A DNA stretch of 64,000 nt from the NCBI GenBank assembly GCA_963845535.1, contig CAWJSK010000018.1, positions 32,001-96,000 on the forward strand, in the 5' to 3' direction. This document shows positions 48,523 through 58,081 of this stretch, piece after piece. Source of the DNA: an uncultured Spirochaetota bacterium. Lineage in GTDB: Bacteria; Spirochaetota; Spirochaetia; SZUA-6; Fen-1364. A program made the translations under genes and the position numbers. Under the pieces are notes generated by a model that was not told the origin of the DNA, did no database searches, and saw nothing but the letters and a program-made list of their open reading frames with translations. Position 1 is the first letter of the stretch; each line of letters starts with the position of its first letter.

Positions 48523-49659
48523 TCACCTCACGCCGTAGACCACCACGCGCATGATGCTGCCCTGGGCCGCCATGGAAAAGAGGAGCATCCCGTAGTATTC
48601 AGGCCGCGCCTCCCGCACGTCCTGGCCGTTGTCCGCGATGGGCGTGTACCCGGGGCTTTCGCCTCCGCCGTGGAGGTTCACCCCTGAGGCCCCGGCCGCG
48701 GCGCACTGGAAGAGGAAGTCGATCATCCAGAGAGCCGATGCGAACGAATCGCTGACGCGCGCGGCGCCCCCGTTGTAGAACGAGTTGGCTTCCCCGAGCC
48801 TGAACCCGAGCGGGATGCTCTGCAATCGCGCGGCATCCTCCAAGGCTCCCAGCAGCCCTGACAGCCGGGCGTCAGGACTGAGCATGAGCCCGACCGTGGA
48901 GGTTGGGAGCTTCCCGTTGGCCCGGTAGTAGTGGTGAGTGAGGAGAGAGAGGATGCCGCGGGCGTCCTTGCTGAAGGGGATGGTGTACCCGTCGAGGTTC
49001 GATGCTGTAGCGGGCCCGGCGAAGCTCGCATCCGGCGCGGCGGAGGAAATGACGCGGGCATCGTTTTCCCATTCCTTCAGAAAGTCACCGTACGTATAGT
49101 CCGGCGCCCGAAGACCGTTGGCATGGTACAGGTCGGGCTCGTTTCCGATCTCGAAAGCAATCAGCCGGTTCCCGAAAGCGGCCCGAGCTGCCGAGGCTTC
49201 ATCCGCCATGGCTTGCGGACTCGAAGTCCCCATGTTGAGGCCGTAGATGATGCGCCAGTCCGCGGCCTCCAGGAAGCGCGCCAGGCGGGAAACGTCCGCG
49301 GGGGCGACCAAACCTTTTCGCAGGCCCGACCCCTCGGGGTCCCAGAGTGTCCTGTCGACGCTGTTCCCGCCAACCCTGAGCACGCCAGGGCCGAGCCGCC
49401 GAAACAGCCGCACCAGCGCGGTGTCGTTTGCGTCAAAAAGGGGAAGGTCCAAAGCGGCTTTCTCATAGCTCAGGCCAATGAAGTCCGGAGGGATTTCGGG
49501 CCCGGGCTTTCCCCCGGTCATGATCCGCACCCTCGGGCGCTCCTGTGTCTTCCCGGCGCCCGGCTGCGCGCAACCCGCGGTGAAAGCCAGCAATCCTGCG
49601 AGGCATGCCGTCAGCGCGAAGGCGGGCCGAAGCCGTGATGGTCGGTTGGTGCAACTCAT
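48523..49659 (-). CDS. GH79 beta-glucuronidase-like lipoprotein, C-terminal domain apparently missing
   Basis: Lipobox TAGC; LRVGGNSVD, EIGNEPDLY, RLGEANS..GG, SDSFASALW, RPEYYG. Confidence 0.82.
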   Translation of the reverse strand: MSCTNRPSRLRPAFALTACLAGLLAFTAGCAQPGAGKTQERPRVRIMTGGKPGPEIPPDFIGLSYEKAALDLPLFDANDTALVRLFRRLGPGVLRVGGNSVDRTLWDPEGSGLRKGLVAPADVSRLARFLEAADWRIIYGLNMGTSSPQAMADEASAARAAFGNRLIAFEIGNEPDLYHANGLRAPDYTYGDFLKEWENDARVISSAAPDASFAGPATASNLDGYTIPFSKDARGILSLLTHHYYRANGKLPTSTVGLMLSPDARLSGLLGALEDAARLQSIPLGFRLGEANSFYNGGAARVSDSFASALWMIDFLFQCAAAGASGVNLHGGGESPGYTPIADNGQDVREARPEYYGMLLFSMAAQGSIMRVVVYGVR

Positions 49660-49778
49660 CTTCGTCAAGGCTAACGCCGCGGGAAAGCCAAAGGCAAGGC
49701 CTGGAAAGGAGCGGAGGAGGCCCTGCCGTCAGGCCAGCGCGGCAGTGAATTGAGTATATTCGCCTTCGGAGAAAAGCG

Positions 49779-50462
49779 ATGATGCAGGTCGAGATTTGGT
49801 CCGATGTCGTCTGCCCTTTCTGCTATATGGGCAAGAGAAGATTCGAAAACGCCCTGAAGCTTTTCGAGCACAAGAACGATGCTCAGGTGACGTTTCGCAG
49901 CTTCCAGCTTGACCCCGAGCTGCGCCCTGAGCCGGGGCTCTCAGTGTACGAGTATCTGGCCAGTCGAAAGGGGATGCAGCTCTCGGAAATCCGGCGCATG
50001 CACGAACGGCTCACCCGCGCGGCCGCCGAGCTTGGTCTGGATTACAATTTCGACCAGGCTGTCATGGCAAACACCGTTGATGCTCATCGGCTGACTCATC
50101 TGGCTCGCGAGCGCGGGCGGCAGGAGGCCATGGAAGAGCGCCTTTTCTTTGCATACTTCACGGAGGGCAGGAACATCGGAGACCGCGAGACGCTTGCGGC
50201 CCTGGGAGGGGAGGCAGGGCTGGATCCGGATGAAATCCGCCTCGCACTCGCGGGAGACCGCTTCACCGACACCGTGAGAGCCGAAGCCCGTGAGGCTGGA
50301 GAGCTGGGAGCTGACGGCGTGCCTTTCTACGTCTTCAACCGCGCATATGCCATCTCAGGAGCGCAGCCAAGCGAGCTGTTCCTGGAGGCGCTGCAAAAGG
50401 CCTGGGAAGAGCAGACAGCAGACGAACCCGCCGGCGGCCCGCTCCCTTCGACCGAGCGCTGA
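49779..50462 (+). CDS. DsbA/FrnE-family oxidoreductase
   Basis: WSDVVCPFCY.GKRR, NT.DAHRL, GVPF, SGAQP. Confidence 0.93.
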   Translation: MMQVEIWSDVVCPFCYMGKRRFENALKLFEHKNDAQVTFRSFQLDPELRPEPGLSVYEYLASRKGMQLSEIRRMHERLTRAAAELGLDYNFDQAVMANTVDAHRLTHLARERGRQEAMEERLFFAYFTEGRNIGDRETLAALGGEAGLDPDEIRLALAGDRFTDTVRAEAREAGELGADGVPFYVFNRAYAISGAQPSELFLEALQKAWEEQTADEPAGGPLPSTER

Positions 50463-50490
50463 GTCCGGGTCTCATCGGGCGGTCAGCGGA

Positions 50491-50928
50491 CTACGGGGCT
50501 GTCGTGCTGCCGCCGGCCGCGGTACGTTTGCGCCTGCGAGCAGGGGGCAGGAAGAGGAAAGTGAGCACCACGATTGCGGCAAAGCCGATATACAGGACCA
50601 GGAAAACCCAGGCCGGAAAATCATAGAAGATGATGCTTCGGACCAGGCGCGCGACAAAGGAGAGCTGGGCTTCCACCCTTTGGCCCGCCAGGGCGCGCAG
50701 ACGGTACTCCCACACGGTGAGGGGGCAGCGGGCCCCGGCCAGGGCCTCGACGGCAACCAGGACAATGGCGACAAGGTGAGCAATCCGAAAGGGAAGGTTG
50801 CGGATCCAGCCCCACCTCAGCGCGCCGCCGACAAGGATGACGATCTCCCCTCCCACGGTGAACGTCACATAGCAGAAATGAACGACGACGATCACGTCCG
50901 CAAGGAAAGCAAACAGCGAGAAGCTCAT
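50491..50928 (-). CDS. DUF2784-like membrane protein
   Basis: LAD...VHF, FRIAHL, CPLT.WE..LR. Confidence 0.82.
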   Translation of the reverse strand: MSFSLFAFLADVIVVVHFCYVTFTVGGEIVILVGGALRWGWIRNLPFRIAHLVAIVLVAVEALAGARCPLTVWEYRLRALAGQRVEAQLSFVARLVRSIIFYDFPAWVFLVLYIGFAAIVVLTFLFLPPARRRKRTAAGGSTTAP

Positions 50929-50999
50929 CCTGCCTCGTCCCTTTGTCCTTTGATGCATGATATACTGACCGGCGGCTGCGCGCCATGAGGAGGGAATCC

Positions 51000-52055
51000 A
51001 TGGAAGCTGGAAATGGCCGTATGCGCGCGGGGGTTCTCCACCGCCCGCGCGACCTGCGCTATGAGCAGGTCCCCGTTCCGAAAGCCCGCCCGGACGAGGT
51101 CCTTGTGGAGATCACGACAAACGGTTTGTGCGGGTCGGACATTCATTTCTACAAGGAAGGGAAGCTCGGCCCGTTCGTGGTGGACAAGCCGTATATCCCC
51201 GGACACGAAGCCTGTGGGATTGTCGTTCGGGAAGCTGACCGGCCCGGCGGGCCAAAAAAGGGCCAGCGGGTGGCGGTGGAGCCCGGGATACCCTGCCGCG
51301 CATGCGCGCTGTGCAAGTCCGGGCGATACAACCTCTGCAGGGACGTCGTGTTCATGTCCGCTCCGCCCGTGAACGGCACGTTTGCCGAATATGCGGCGGT
51401 AGCCGCCGATTTCGCGCATCTTCTGCCGGATTCCGTGGACGAGGAATCCGGCGCGTTCGTGGAGCCGGTGAGCGTTGGCGTGCAAGCCTGCACCCGGGCA
51501 GGGCTTCGCGCTGCCGCCAGCGTTGCGGTGATCGGCGCAGGGCCCATCGGACTGGTGACGATGCTCGTGGCACGGGCCTTCGGAGCCGCCACCGCTTTCC
51601 TCATCGACAGGCTGCCGTCCCGGCTCGCGCTGGGCGCGTCTTTGGGGGCAACGGCGACAATCGATGCAGGCTCGACGGACCCGGTGGCGCGAATGGCAGA
51701 GCTCACGGACGGGGCCGGTGTGGACTTTGTCTTCGACGCGAGCGGCTCCTCGGCAGCATGCGCCTCTGCGCCGGCCATTGCCGCGCGCGGCGGCTCGGTC
51801 ACGATCATCGGTTGGCCTGAAAAGAGCACCTTCGCGTACCCGGTCGAAAGCATCATCGAGAAAGAGCTCGATGTTCATGGAACAAATCGTTATGCAAACG
51901 CGTTCCCCAGGGCCATCGCCTTGCTGGCCAGCAGGAAGGTGGACGTCCATCCCCTGGTCTCCCACCGTTTCAGGCTGGATGAGGTGACTGAGGCATTCGC
52001 GTTCGCCGCGGATCATCCGGCGGAGACCATCAAGGTCATGGTGCGGAGGGAGTAA
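51000..52055 (+). CDS. Zn-dependent sorbitol/L-iditol-type polyol dehydrogenase
   Basis: GLCGSD.HFY..G, GHE, VEPG.PC..C..C..GRYNLC, GAGPIG. Confidence 0.92.
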   Translation: MEAGNGRMRAGVLHRPRDLRYEQVPVPKARPDEVLVEITTNGLCGSDIHFYKEGKLGPFVVDKPYIPGHEACGIVVREADRPGGPKKGQRVAVEPGIPCRACALCKSGRYNLCRDVVFMSAPPVNGTFAEYAAVAADFAHLLPDSVDEESGAFVEPVSVGVQACTRAGLRAAASVAVIGAGPIGLVTMLVARAFGAATAFLIDRLPSRLALGASLGATATIDAGSTDPVARMAELTDGAGVDFVFDASGSSAACASAPAIAARGGSVTIIGWPEKSTFAYPVESIIEKELDVHGTNRYANAFPRAIALLASRKVDVHPLVSHRFRLDEVTEAFAFAADHPAETIKVMVRRE

Positions 52056-52064
52056 GGAGGCGGC

Positions 52065-52793
52065 GTGGCGCATCCGCTTGCGGGAAAGGTTGTTATCATC
52101 ACGGGGGCAAGCTCGGGCATCGGGGCAGCCGCGGCGCGTGAGCTTGCCCGTGCGGGTTGCAAGGTTGCGCTTGCGGCGCGCTCTGGGGAGAAGCTTCAGC
52201 AGCTTTCGAGGGAGATCGGGGAGGCCGCGCTCGCACAGCCGACGGATGTCACCTCGGGGGAAGAGGTGAGGCGGCTCGTGGCTGTCACTCTGGAGCGTTT
52301 CGGCGGGATCGATGTGCTTTTTGCGAACGCGGGCGTCTATGTCCCGGGACAGTTTGCCGAGGGCGGGCAGGACGCGCTGGCGGCCCTGATCGACGTAAAC
52401 GTTAACGGCGTTCTTCGCTGCATCCACGCGGTGCTGCCCCATATGAAGGCCCGAGGCCGCGGGGACATTCTCGTCACCAGCTCCATCTCGGGACACGTGG
52501 ACATTCCGTGGGAGCCGGTCTACAGCGCGTCGAAGCACGCGGTGCAGACCCTCGTTCATACCTTGCGCCGGCAGCTCGCAGCGGACGGCATCAGAGTCGG
52601 GGCGGTTGCGCCCGGCATGGTGGCAAACGAGCTCTGGGGGATAAAGACGCCGGAGGAAGTGGATAGGCTCGTTGCCGCGCGTTCCGCGCTGCGCTCGGAG
52701 GACGTCGTGGAAGCAGTCATCTTCATGCTCAGCAGGCCCCCGCACGTAACCGTCCGGGACCTCGTCATGCTTCCCCAGAGCCAGGACTTATGA
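52065..52793 (+). CDS. rbtD: Ribitol 2-dehydrogenase-like SDR
   Basis: ANAGVY, WEPVYSASKHAVQ..VHT.RRQ, TVRDLV.LP as I recall for RbtD. Confidence 0.75.
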   Translation: MAHPLAGKVVIITGASSGIGAAAARELARAGCKVALAARSGEKLQQLSREIGEAALAQPTDVTSGEEVRRLVAVTLERFGGIDVLFANAGVYVPGQFAEGGQDALAALIDVNVNGVLRCIHAVLPHMKARGRGDILVTSSISGHVDIPWEPVYSASKHAVQTLVHTLRRQLAADGIRVGAVAPGMVANELWGIKTPEEVDRLVAARSALRSEDVVEAVIFMLSRPPHVTVRDLVMLPQSQDL

Positions 52794-53881
52794 AGCACAG
52801 GGATCGCGTCCTCCTGTCCCTGAGTCACGAGCAGCCGGACCGCTGCCCCATCCAGATCAGCTTTACCCCGGAGTTCGCGGAGCGCCTGAAAGGCTCGATG
52901 AACGTCTCCTGCCAGACGCATCACAACCCGCACGGAGGCGGAAACACCTACGAGCTGGAGCGCGCACTCGATGAGGACATGCTCCTCACCTCCGTCGGGT
53001 GGGCCAACAGCTATTATGCCAACGAGGCGTTCGGCCCCGGGCTTTCCACCTACACGGATGCCTGGGGAGTCACGTTCCGCAACTCCACGTATTCCACGCG
53101 CTTCGGCGACGGGTTCTACACGGAGATGGCGGGGCATCCCCTTTCCGAGGATTCCGCCATCCCGGGCTACCGCGCGCCTGATCCTGAAGACCCTGGCCTG
53201 TATTCGGAGGCACGGTGGGTCCTGGACACTTTCAAGAGCGAATACTGGATCGTCGGGGTGACTGTCACCACGATATTCGAGACCGCCTGGGCGCTGCGGG
53301 GCTATGAAAAGCTCCTCATGGACTTCGTCACCGACCCGGACACCGCGGAGGCCATCCTCGATATCCCTTTCGCGTTCCACCTGAAAGCGGCCGAAAGGCT
53401 CACGCGCATGGGGGTGGACATGATCTGGATCGGGGACGACATCGGAACGCAGAACACTATGCTCATGTCTCCAGAAACGTGGCGCCGCTTCCTGAAACCT
53501 CGGATGGCCCGGTTCATATCGACCATCAAAGCCATCAATCCCGCGCTCAAAGTTGCCTACCACTCCGACGGCTGCATCTACGAAGTGATCCCCGAGCTGA
53601 TCGAGATCGGGGTGGACGTTCTCAACCCCATCCAGCCGCGAAGCATGGACCCCGCGCTGCTCAAGGAGAAGTACGGCAGGCGGCTGTGCTTCTGGGGGAC
53701 CATCGACGAGCAGCGCACCCTTCCGTTCGGCGGGCCCGAGGACGTCAGGGAGGAGGTGGCTTCCCGGCTTCGGACCGTGGGCAAAGACGGCGGTCTCATC
53801 ATTGGTCCGACCCACCACGTGCAGCTCGACACTCCCGTGGAGAATATCCTGGCCCTCGTGGATGCCGCGACTCGGCCCTGA
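52790..53881 (+). CDS. Uroporphyrinogen decarboxylase / MtaA-like fold protein
   Basis: ATGA coupling; D.WG, FE.AW.LRG, GDD.G.Q, YHSDG, NPIQP, FWGTID.Q. Confidence 0.88.
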   Translation: MKHRDRVLLSLSHEQPDRCPIQISFTPEFAERLKGSMNVSCQTHHNPHGGGNTYELERALDEDMLLTSVGWANSYYANEAFGPGLSTYTDAWGVTFRNSTYSTRFGDGFYTEMAGHPLSEDSAIPGYRAPDPEDPGLYSEARWVLDTFKSEYWIVGVTVTTIFETAWALRGYEKLLMDFVTDPDTAEAILDIPFAFHLKAAERLTRMGVDMIWIGDDIGTQNTMLMSPETWRRFLKPRMARFISTIKAINPALKVAYHSDGCIYEVIPELIEIGVDVLNPIQPRSMDPALLKEKYGRRLCFWGTIDEQRTLPFGGPEDVREEVASRLRTVGKDGGLIIGPTHHVQLDTPVENILALVDAATRP

Positions 53882-53986
53882 TTCGACCCTGATCCGGCCC
53901 GCGCCGCAAGAAATCCGGAACCCCAAAAAAGCCGTACTACTGTTCAAGACAGTCGGGCCTCGGGCCCGTTGGAAAAGGGGTGCTCC

Positions 53987-55279
53987 ATGAGATTTCGCGG
54001 AAACATAATTCTTCAGTATTCGATTGCCACGTTCATCATCATAGCTGCCGTATCGGTGGCGCTCGGCGTCACCTTGGCCGCGCAGATCACCGACTACCAG
54101 CTGCGCTCCCACATTCGACTGTACCCCGCGCTGATCGGCCTGATCGTCAGAGACAGTCCCCAGGTCTATGACATGTTCCAGTCTCCTTCCGGCGGAATCG
54201 TTTCACCGTCAACGGAAAGCGTCTTGCGCGGCCTTTTCGGCCTGGGCACGATCTTCCGCGTCAAGGTGTGGAGCGCAAACGGCTCGATCGTGTGGAGCGA
54301 TTCTCCCGAGGAGATCGGCCAGAGGTTCCCTGGTGATCCGCCGCTTGTCGAGGCCCTCCGCGGCAAGCCGGCCTACGAGCTGGGTGAGTCTGAAAAGGAA
54401 GAGAACGTCTCGGAAAAGGACAAGGGGTCCCTTCTCCAAGTCTACACGCCGGTCATGAGGAGCGGAGGCGCGGTCGGGGTTATCGAGCTCTATGAGGCCA
54501 ACAGGGACCTCTTCACGCAAATTGCCCGAAACACGCTTTTTGTCGAAGGACTGGTTGCGGCGGCCGGGCTGCTTCTGTACCTTGCCCTTTTTGCCATCTT
54601 CTTCCGCGCCTACCGGCGCCAGAGGCGGGTCAACGAGGAGCGCAACAGGGTCATGGGGATCTTTGGCCAGCACGTCTCACCGGAGGTCGTGAACGCGCTC
54701 CTCTCCCAGAATATCGAGCAGGATGGCGAGATGCGGAACGTCTGCCTGATGTTTCTCGACATCCGCAACTTCACGGCATACACGGAGAAATCGCACCCCT
54801 CCGAGGTTGTGAACTATCTCAATTCGCTTTTCGAGTTCATGGTGGATTGCGTCAACCGCAACAAGGGGATCGTCAACAAGTTCCTCGGTGACGGTTTCAT
54901 GGCCGTGTTCGGGGCGCCCATACCGGACGGGAAGAACTGCCACCATGCGCTCAAGGCGTCCATCGAGATCCTGAACGAGCTTTCGAGGTTCAATGCCGGA
55001 CGCAACGGGGACGCCACGCGGATCGGCATTGGCCTGCACGCCGGCTACGCGGTCACCGGGACCATCGGCTCGGCTCAGCGCAAGGAGTACACGATCGTGG
55101 GGGACACGGTGAACGTGGCCAAGCGCATCGAAGAGCTGAACAAGACGCTGGGTTCCCGGCTTCTCATCTCGGAGGAGGTCTGGAATGCCCTTGGCTCGAA
55201 GCCCAAGCAGTCGAAGAGGGTCGGTCGGGTCAAGGTCAAGGGGCATGAAGCCCCCATACTGTTATACAAAGTGGCTTGA
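53987..55279 (+). CDS. Membrane class III adenylate cyclase
   Basis: Two TM flanking a sensor; FLDIRNFT, NKFLGDG (Lys, ATP-type), YTIVGDTVNVAKRIE. Confidence 0.92.
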   Translation: MRFRGNIILQYSIATFIIIAAVSVALGVTLAAQITDYQLRSHIRLYPALIGLIVRDSPQVYDMFQSPSGGIVSPSTESVLRGLFGLGTIFRVKVWSANGSIVWSDSPEEIGQRFPGDPPLVEALRGKPAYELGESEKEENVSEKDKGSLLQVYTPVMRSGGAVGVIELYEANRDLFTQIARNTLFVEGLVAAAGLLLYLALFAIFFRAYRRQRRVNEERNRVMGIFGQHVSPEVVNALLSQNIEQDGEMRNVCLMFLDIRNFTAYTEKSHPSEVVNYLNSLFEFMVDCVNRNKGIVNKFLGDGFMAVFGAPIPDGKNCHHALKASIEILNELSRFNAGRNGDATRIGIGLHAGYAVTGTIGSAQRKEYTIVGDTVNVAKRIEELNKTLGSRLLISEEVWNALGSKPKQSKRVGRVKVKGHEAPILLYKVA

Positions 55280-55312
55280 GCGCGGGACCGGCAAAAAGGC
55301 CGCGAAAGGCGC

Positions 55313-56875
55313 TTATCCCTGTTTGCCCAGCGCTTCCGCCTGCGGGACCCCGGCCATCATCAGGCCGAGCTGCTCGTTGGTGGCTTCTCCGCGGTCCACC
55401 CGGCCGATGATGCGGCCCTCGTACATCACGTAGATCCTGTCCGAGAGCGCGCAGATCTCGTCGAGGTCCTCCGAGATCAGGAGGATCCCCGTGCCGCTCT
55501 CCCGTTGCGCGAGCAGGCGCTGGTGGATGTACGCGGTGGAGCTGATGTCCACCCCGCGCGTGGGCTGGGCGGCAACCAGCATGGCGGGATGGCGTGAAAG
55601 CTCGCGCGCCATGATGAGCTTCTGGATGTTTCCGCCCGAGAGGTTCTTCAGGGGCGTATCCAGGCCGGCGGTCTTCACGGCAAAATCTTCCACGAGCCGC
55701 GCGGCGTGGGCCTGCATGCGGGAGAAGCTCAGGAAGATGCCGCGCCTGAATCGGGGAGACACGTGGTCATGGAGGAAGATGTTGTCCTGGACCGAGAACT
55801 CGCGGATGGCGCCGTCGCGCATCCTCTCCTCGGGAATGTATGCCATGCCGGCGTCAACCCGTTCGTTGAGCGACGCCGAGGTGATGTCGATGTCTCCGGT
55901 CCTGATCTGCCCGCTCTTCACCTTGCGCATCCCCGCCAGGCACTCGGCAAGCTCGCGCTGGCCGTTCCCTGAAACCCCCGCCAGTCCCACGATCTCTCCG
56001 GCATGGACGGTAAGGTCAACGCCTCGAAGCCCCTCCGTGCCGCGGTCTCCCATGGCGTGAAGCCCCGTGACGGCAAGGCGCGGCGCCCCGGGCTCCCGTG
56101 GCCGCGGCTCGAGGTCCTTCAGCTCCCGGCCCACCATCATCCGTACGAGCTCCGAGCGCGTGACCTCCCCGGTGGGACGGGTGCCAATGACCTTGCCGTC
56201 GCGAAGCACGGTGACCCGGTCACTGATGGCCATGACTTCCTGCAGCTTGTGAGAAATGAACACGAGGGAGTGGCCCTCATTCACCATGCGGCGCAACGTG
56301 GAGAAGAGGTCCTTGACCTCCTGGGGCGTGAGCACCGCGGTGGGCTCGTCCAGGATGATGAGTCGGGCGCCGCGATACAGGGCCTTCATGATCTCCACGC
56401 GCTGCTGCTCGCCCACGGAAAGCTGCCAGACGTACGCGTGAGGGTCCACTTTCAAGCCGTATTCCTCGGAAAGCTCCTTGATGCGGGCAGTGACCGCCTT
56501 GAGGTCGAGGAGCGGCGCCCGGGAGGACGGCTGTCCCAGCGCCACGTTCTGGGCCACCGTGAGCGTAGGGACGAGCATGAAGTGCTGGTGGATCATGCCG
56601 ATGCCGGCCTTGATGGCATCCGCGGGAGAGCGAAACACGAGCCGTCTTCCGTCGATGATGATCTCCCCTTCATCCGGCTGGTACAGCCCGTAGAGTTGCC
56701 GCATGAGAGTGCTCTTGCCCGCCCCGTTCTCACCGAGCAGGGCATGCACCTCCCCTGCCGTCACGTCGAAGCAGACCTTCGAGTTGGCGCGAACACCGGG
56801 GAAGCATTTGACGATGTCCACCATCTCGACGTGTCGGGAGGAGTACGTGGGGCGTTGCTCAGGTATCTCTGTCAT
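55313..56875 (-). CDS. Nucleoside/sugar ABC transporter ATPase (two NBDs)
   Basis: GENGAGKST, LSVGEQQR, DEPTAVL, LSGGNIQK, AAQPTRG. Confidence 0.95.
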   Translation of the reverse strand: MTEIPEQRPTYSSRHVEMVDIVKCFPGVRANSKVCFDVTAGEVHALLGENGAGKSTLMRQLYGLYQPDEGEIIIDGRRLVFRSPADAIKAGIGMIHQHFMLVPTLTVAQNVALGQPSSRAPLLDLKAVTARIKELSEEYGLKVDPHAYVWQLSVGEQQRVEIMKALYRGARLIILDEPTAVLTPQEVKDLFSTLRRMVNEGHSLVFISHKLQEVMAISDRVTVLRDGKVIGTRPTGEVTRSELVRMMVGRELKDLEPRPREPGAPRLAVTGLHAMGDRGTEGLRGVDLTVHAGEIVGLAGVSGNGQRELAECLAGMRKVKSGQIRTGDIDITSASLNERVDAGMAYIPEERMRDGAIREFSVQDNIFLHDHVSPRFRRGIFLSFSRMQAHAARLVEDFAVKTAGLDTPLKNLSGGNIQKLIMARELSRHPAMLVAAQPTRGVDISSTAYIHQRLLAQRESGTGILLISEDLDEICALSDRIYVMYEGRIIGRVDRGEATNEQLGLMMAGVPQAEALGKQG

Positions 56876-56906
56876 GCGCAATCTCCGAAAAAGCCGGGGT
56901 CAAGGC

Positions 56907-56934
56907 AGGCGCGCCTCCGCGCGGAGGCGCGCCT
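56907..56934. repeat. Perfect 28-bp palindrome between BMP and ATPase genes
   Basis: AGGCGCGCCTCCGC|GCGGAGGCGCGCCT; second stem CCCACGG-AGTA-CCGTGGG near 56974-56991. Confidence 0.85.
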
Positions 56935-57020
56935 TAGGTACGTGACATAGGCCGCGCCTTCCGCCCATCCAACCCCACGGAGTACCGTGGGAGGGCTCGG
57001 CGCGGCTACGCCATCCCTGG

Positions 57021-57992
57021 CTAGGGTTGGACCGTGATCTTTCCGCTTGCAATTCCCTTGATGGCGGCGTCACCGGCCGCCTTCACGCTCGCGGGAAGCT
57101 TGTGGGACGGGTTGTAGGCGACTTTCAGTCCGCCGTTGTCCAGCGTCAGCGTGTAGGTGACGCCTCCGAGCACGCCCTTCTGGTGCTTCGCGATGATGTC
57201 CTTCAGCATGCCCACCCAGTCATATACCTGGCTGGCCACGACCAGCTTGGGCGCCAGAGAAGCCTGGTTGGACTGAGTGCCGAACCACAGGACCTTGCCG
57301 GCGTCCTTCGCCGCGCCGATCGAACCGACCACCGACTGCGATGATCCGGTGAGGACGTCAGCGCCGTTGGCAATGTGGGTCTTGGCCGCCGCCGCCATCA
57401 GCGCCACGTCCGAGAACGATCCGGTCCAGGTTTTCGAAATCGTGATGTTGGGGTCCACCGACTGCACGCCCTGCACGAATCCGTCGATGTAGGTCTTTGC
57501 ATCTCCGACTTCCACGGGTCCTGTCACGCCGACCTTCTTGCTTTTCGTGAGCTTTGCCGCAAGCACTCCGTTCACGTATCCGCCCTGCTCGGCTGCCGCG
57601 GTGTACGCGTAGACGTTGGGCAGGCCGAAGGTGTTCACATCGGTGCCCCAGGCAAACGTCACTTTGGGAAAGTCAGGGGCTATCTCCTGCACCGAGGAGC
57701 CGTACTGCGACCCGTGAGCGATCACGATGTCGAACCCCTGGCTGGCATAGTCGCGGACCGCTGCCGCCGCGTCGGGGACATTGTACATGTTCTCCGAGTA
57801 CTTCAGCACGAGAGCGGACTCTCCGCCCATCTCCTTCTGGATTGTCGTCAGGGCGTTCCACATGGATTGGCTGAATGCCATATCAGAGATCGCGCTGGGC
57901 ATCACCACCGCGATGCGAAACGGCGCTGCAAAAGCGCCGGCCGCCAGCAGGACAATCAAGATGGCTGCGACGAGAAACCGTTTCCCTTTCAT
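57021..57992 (-). CDS. BMP-family purine/nucleoside substrate-binding protein
   Basis: AGGAG RBS, SPI-type signal (AGAFA), D.AFSQS, A.HGSQY, GY.NG.LAA. Confidence 0.9.
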   Translation of the reverse strand: MKGKRFLVAAILIVLLAAGAFAAPFRIAVVMPSAISDMAFSQSMWNALTTIQKEMGGESALVLKYSENMYNVPDAAAAVRDYASQGFDIVIAHGSQYGSSVQEIAPDFPKVTFAWGTDVNTFGLPNVYAYTAAAEQGGYVNGVLAAKLTKSKKVGVTGPVEVGDAKTYIDGFVQGVQSVDPNITISKTWTGSFSDVALMAAAAKTHIANGADVLTGSSQSVVGSIGAAKDAGKVLWFGTQSNQASLAPKLVVASQVYDWVGMLKDIIAKHQKGVLGGVTYTLTLDNGGLKVAYNPSHKLPASVKAAGDAAIKGIASGKITVQP

Positions 57993-58081
57993 GTATCCTC
58001 TCCTTTCGATCCCCCCGGGAGTCTCCCCGCGGAGGGATTCATCATCGCGGCCAACGGCCGCGCTTGTGCACAATTGGCTTT

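Noticed and set aside
50925..54112. Long minus-strand ORFs of 606 and 518 aa
   Set aside because: Antisense shadows of well-supported dehydrogenase and URO-D genes in GC-rich DNA; no motifs
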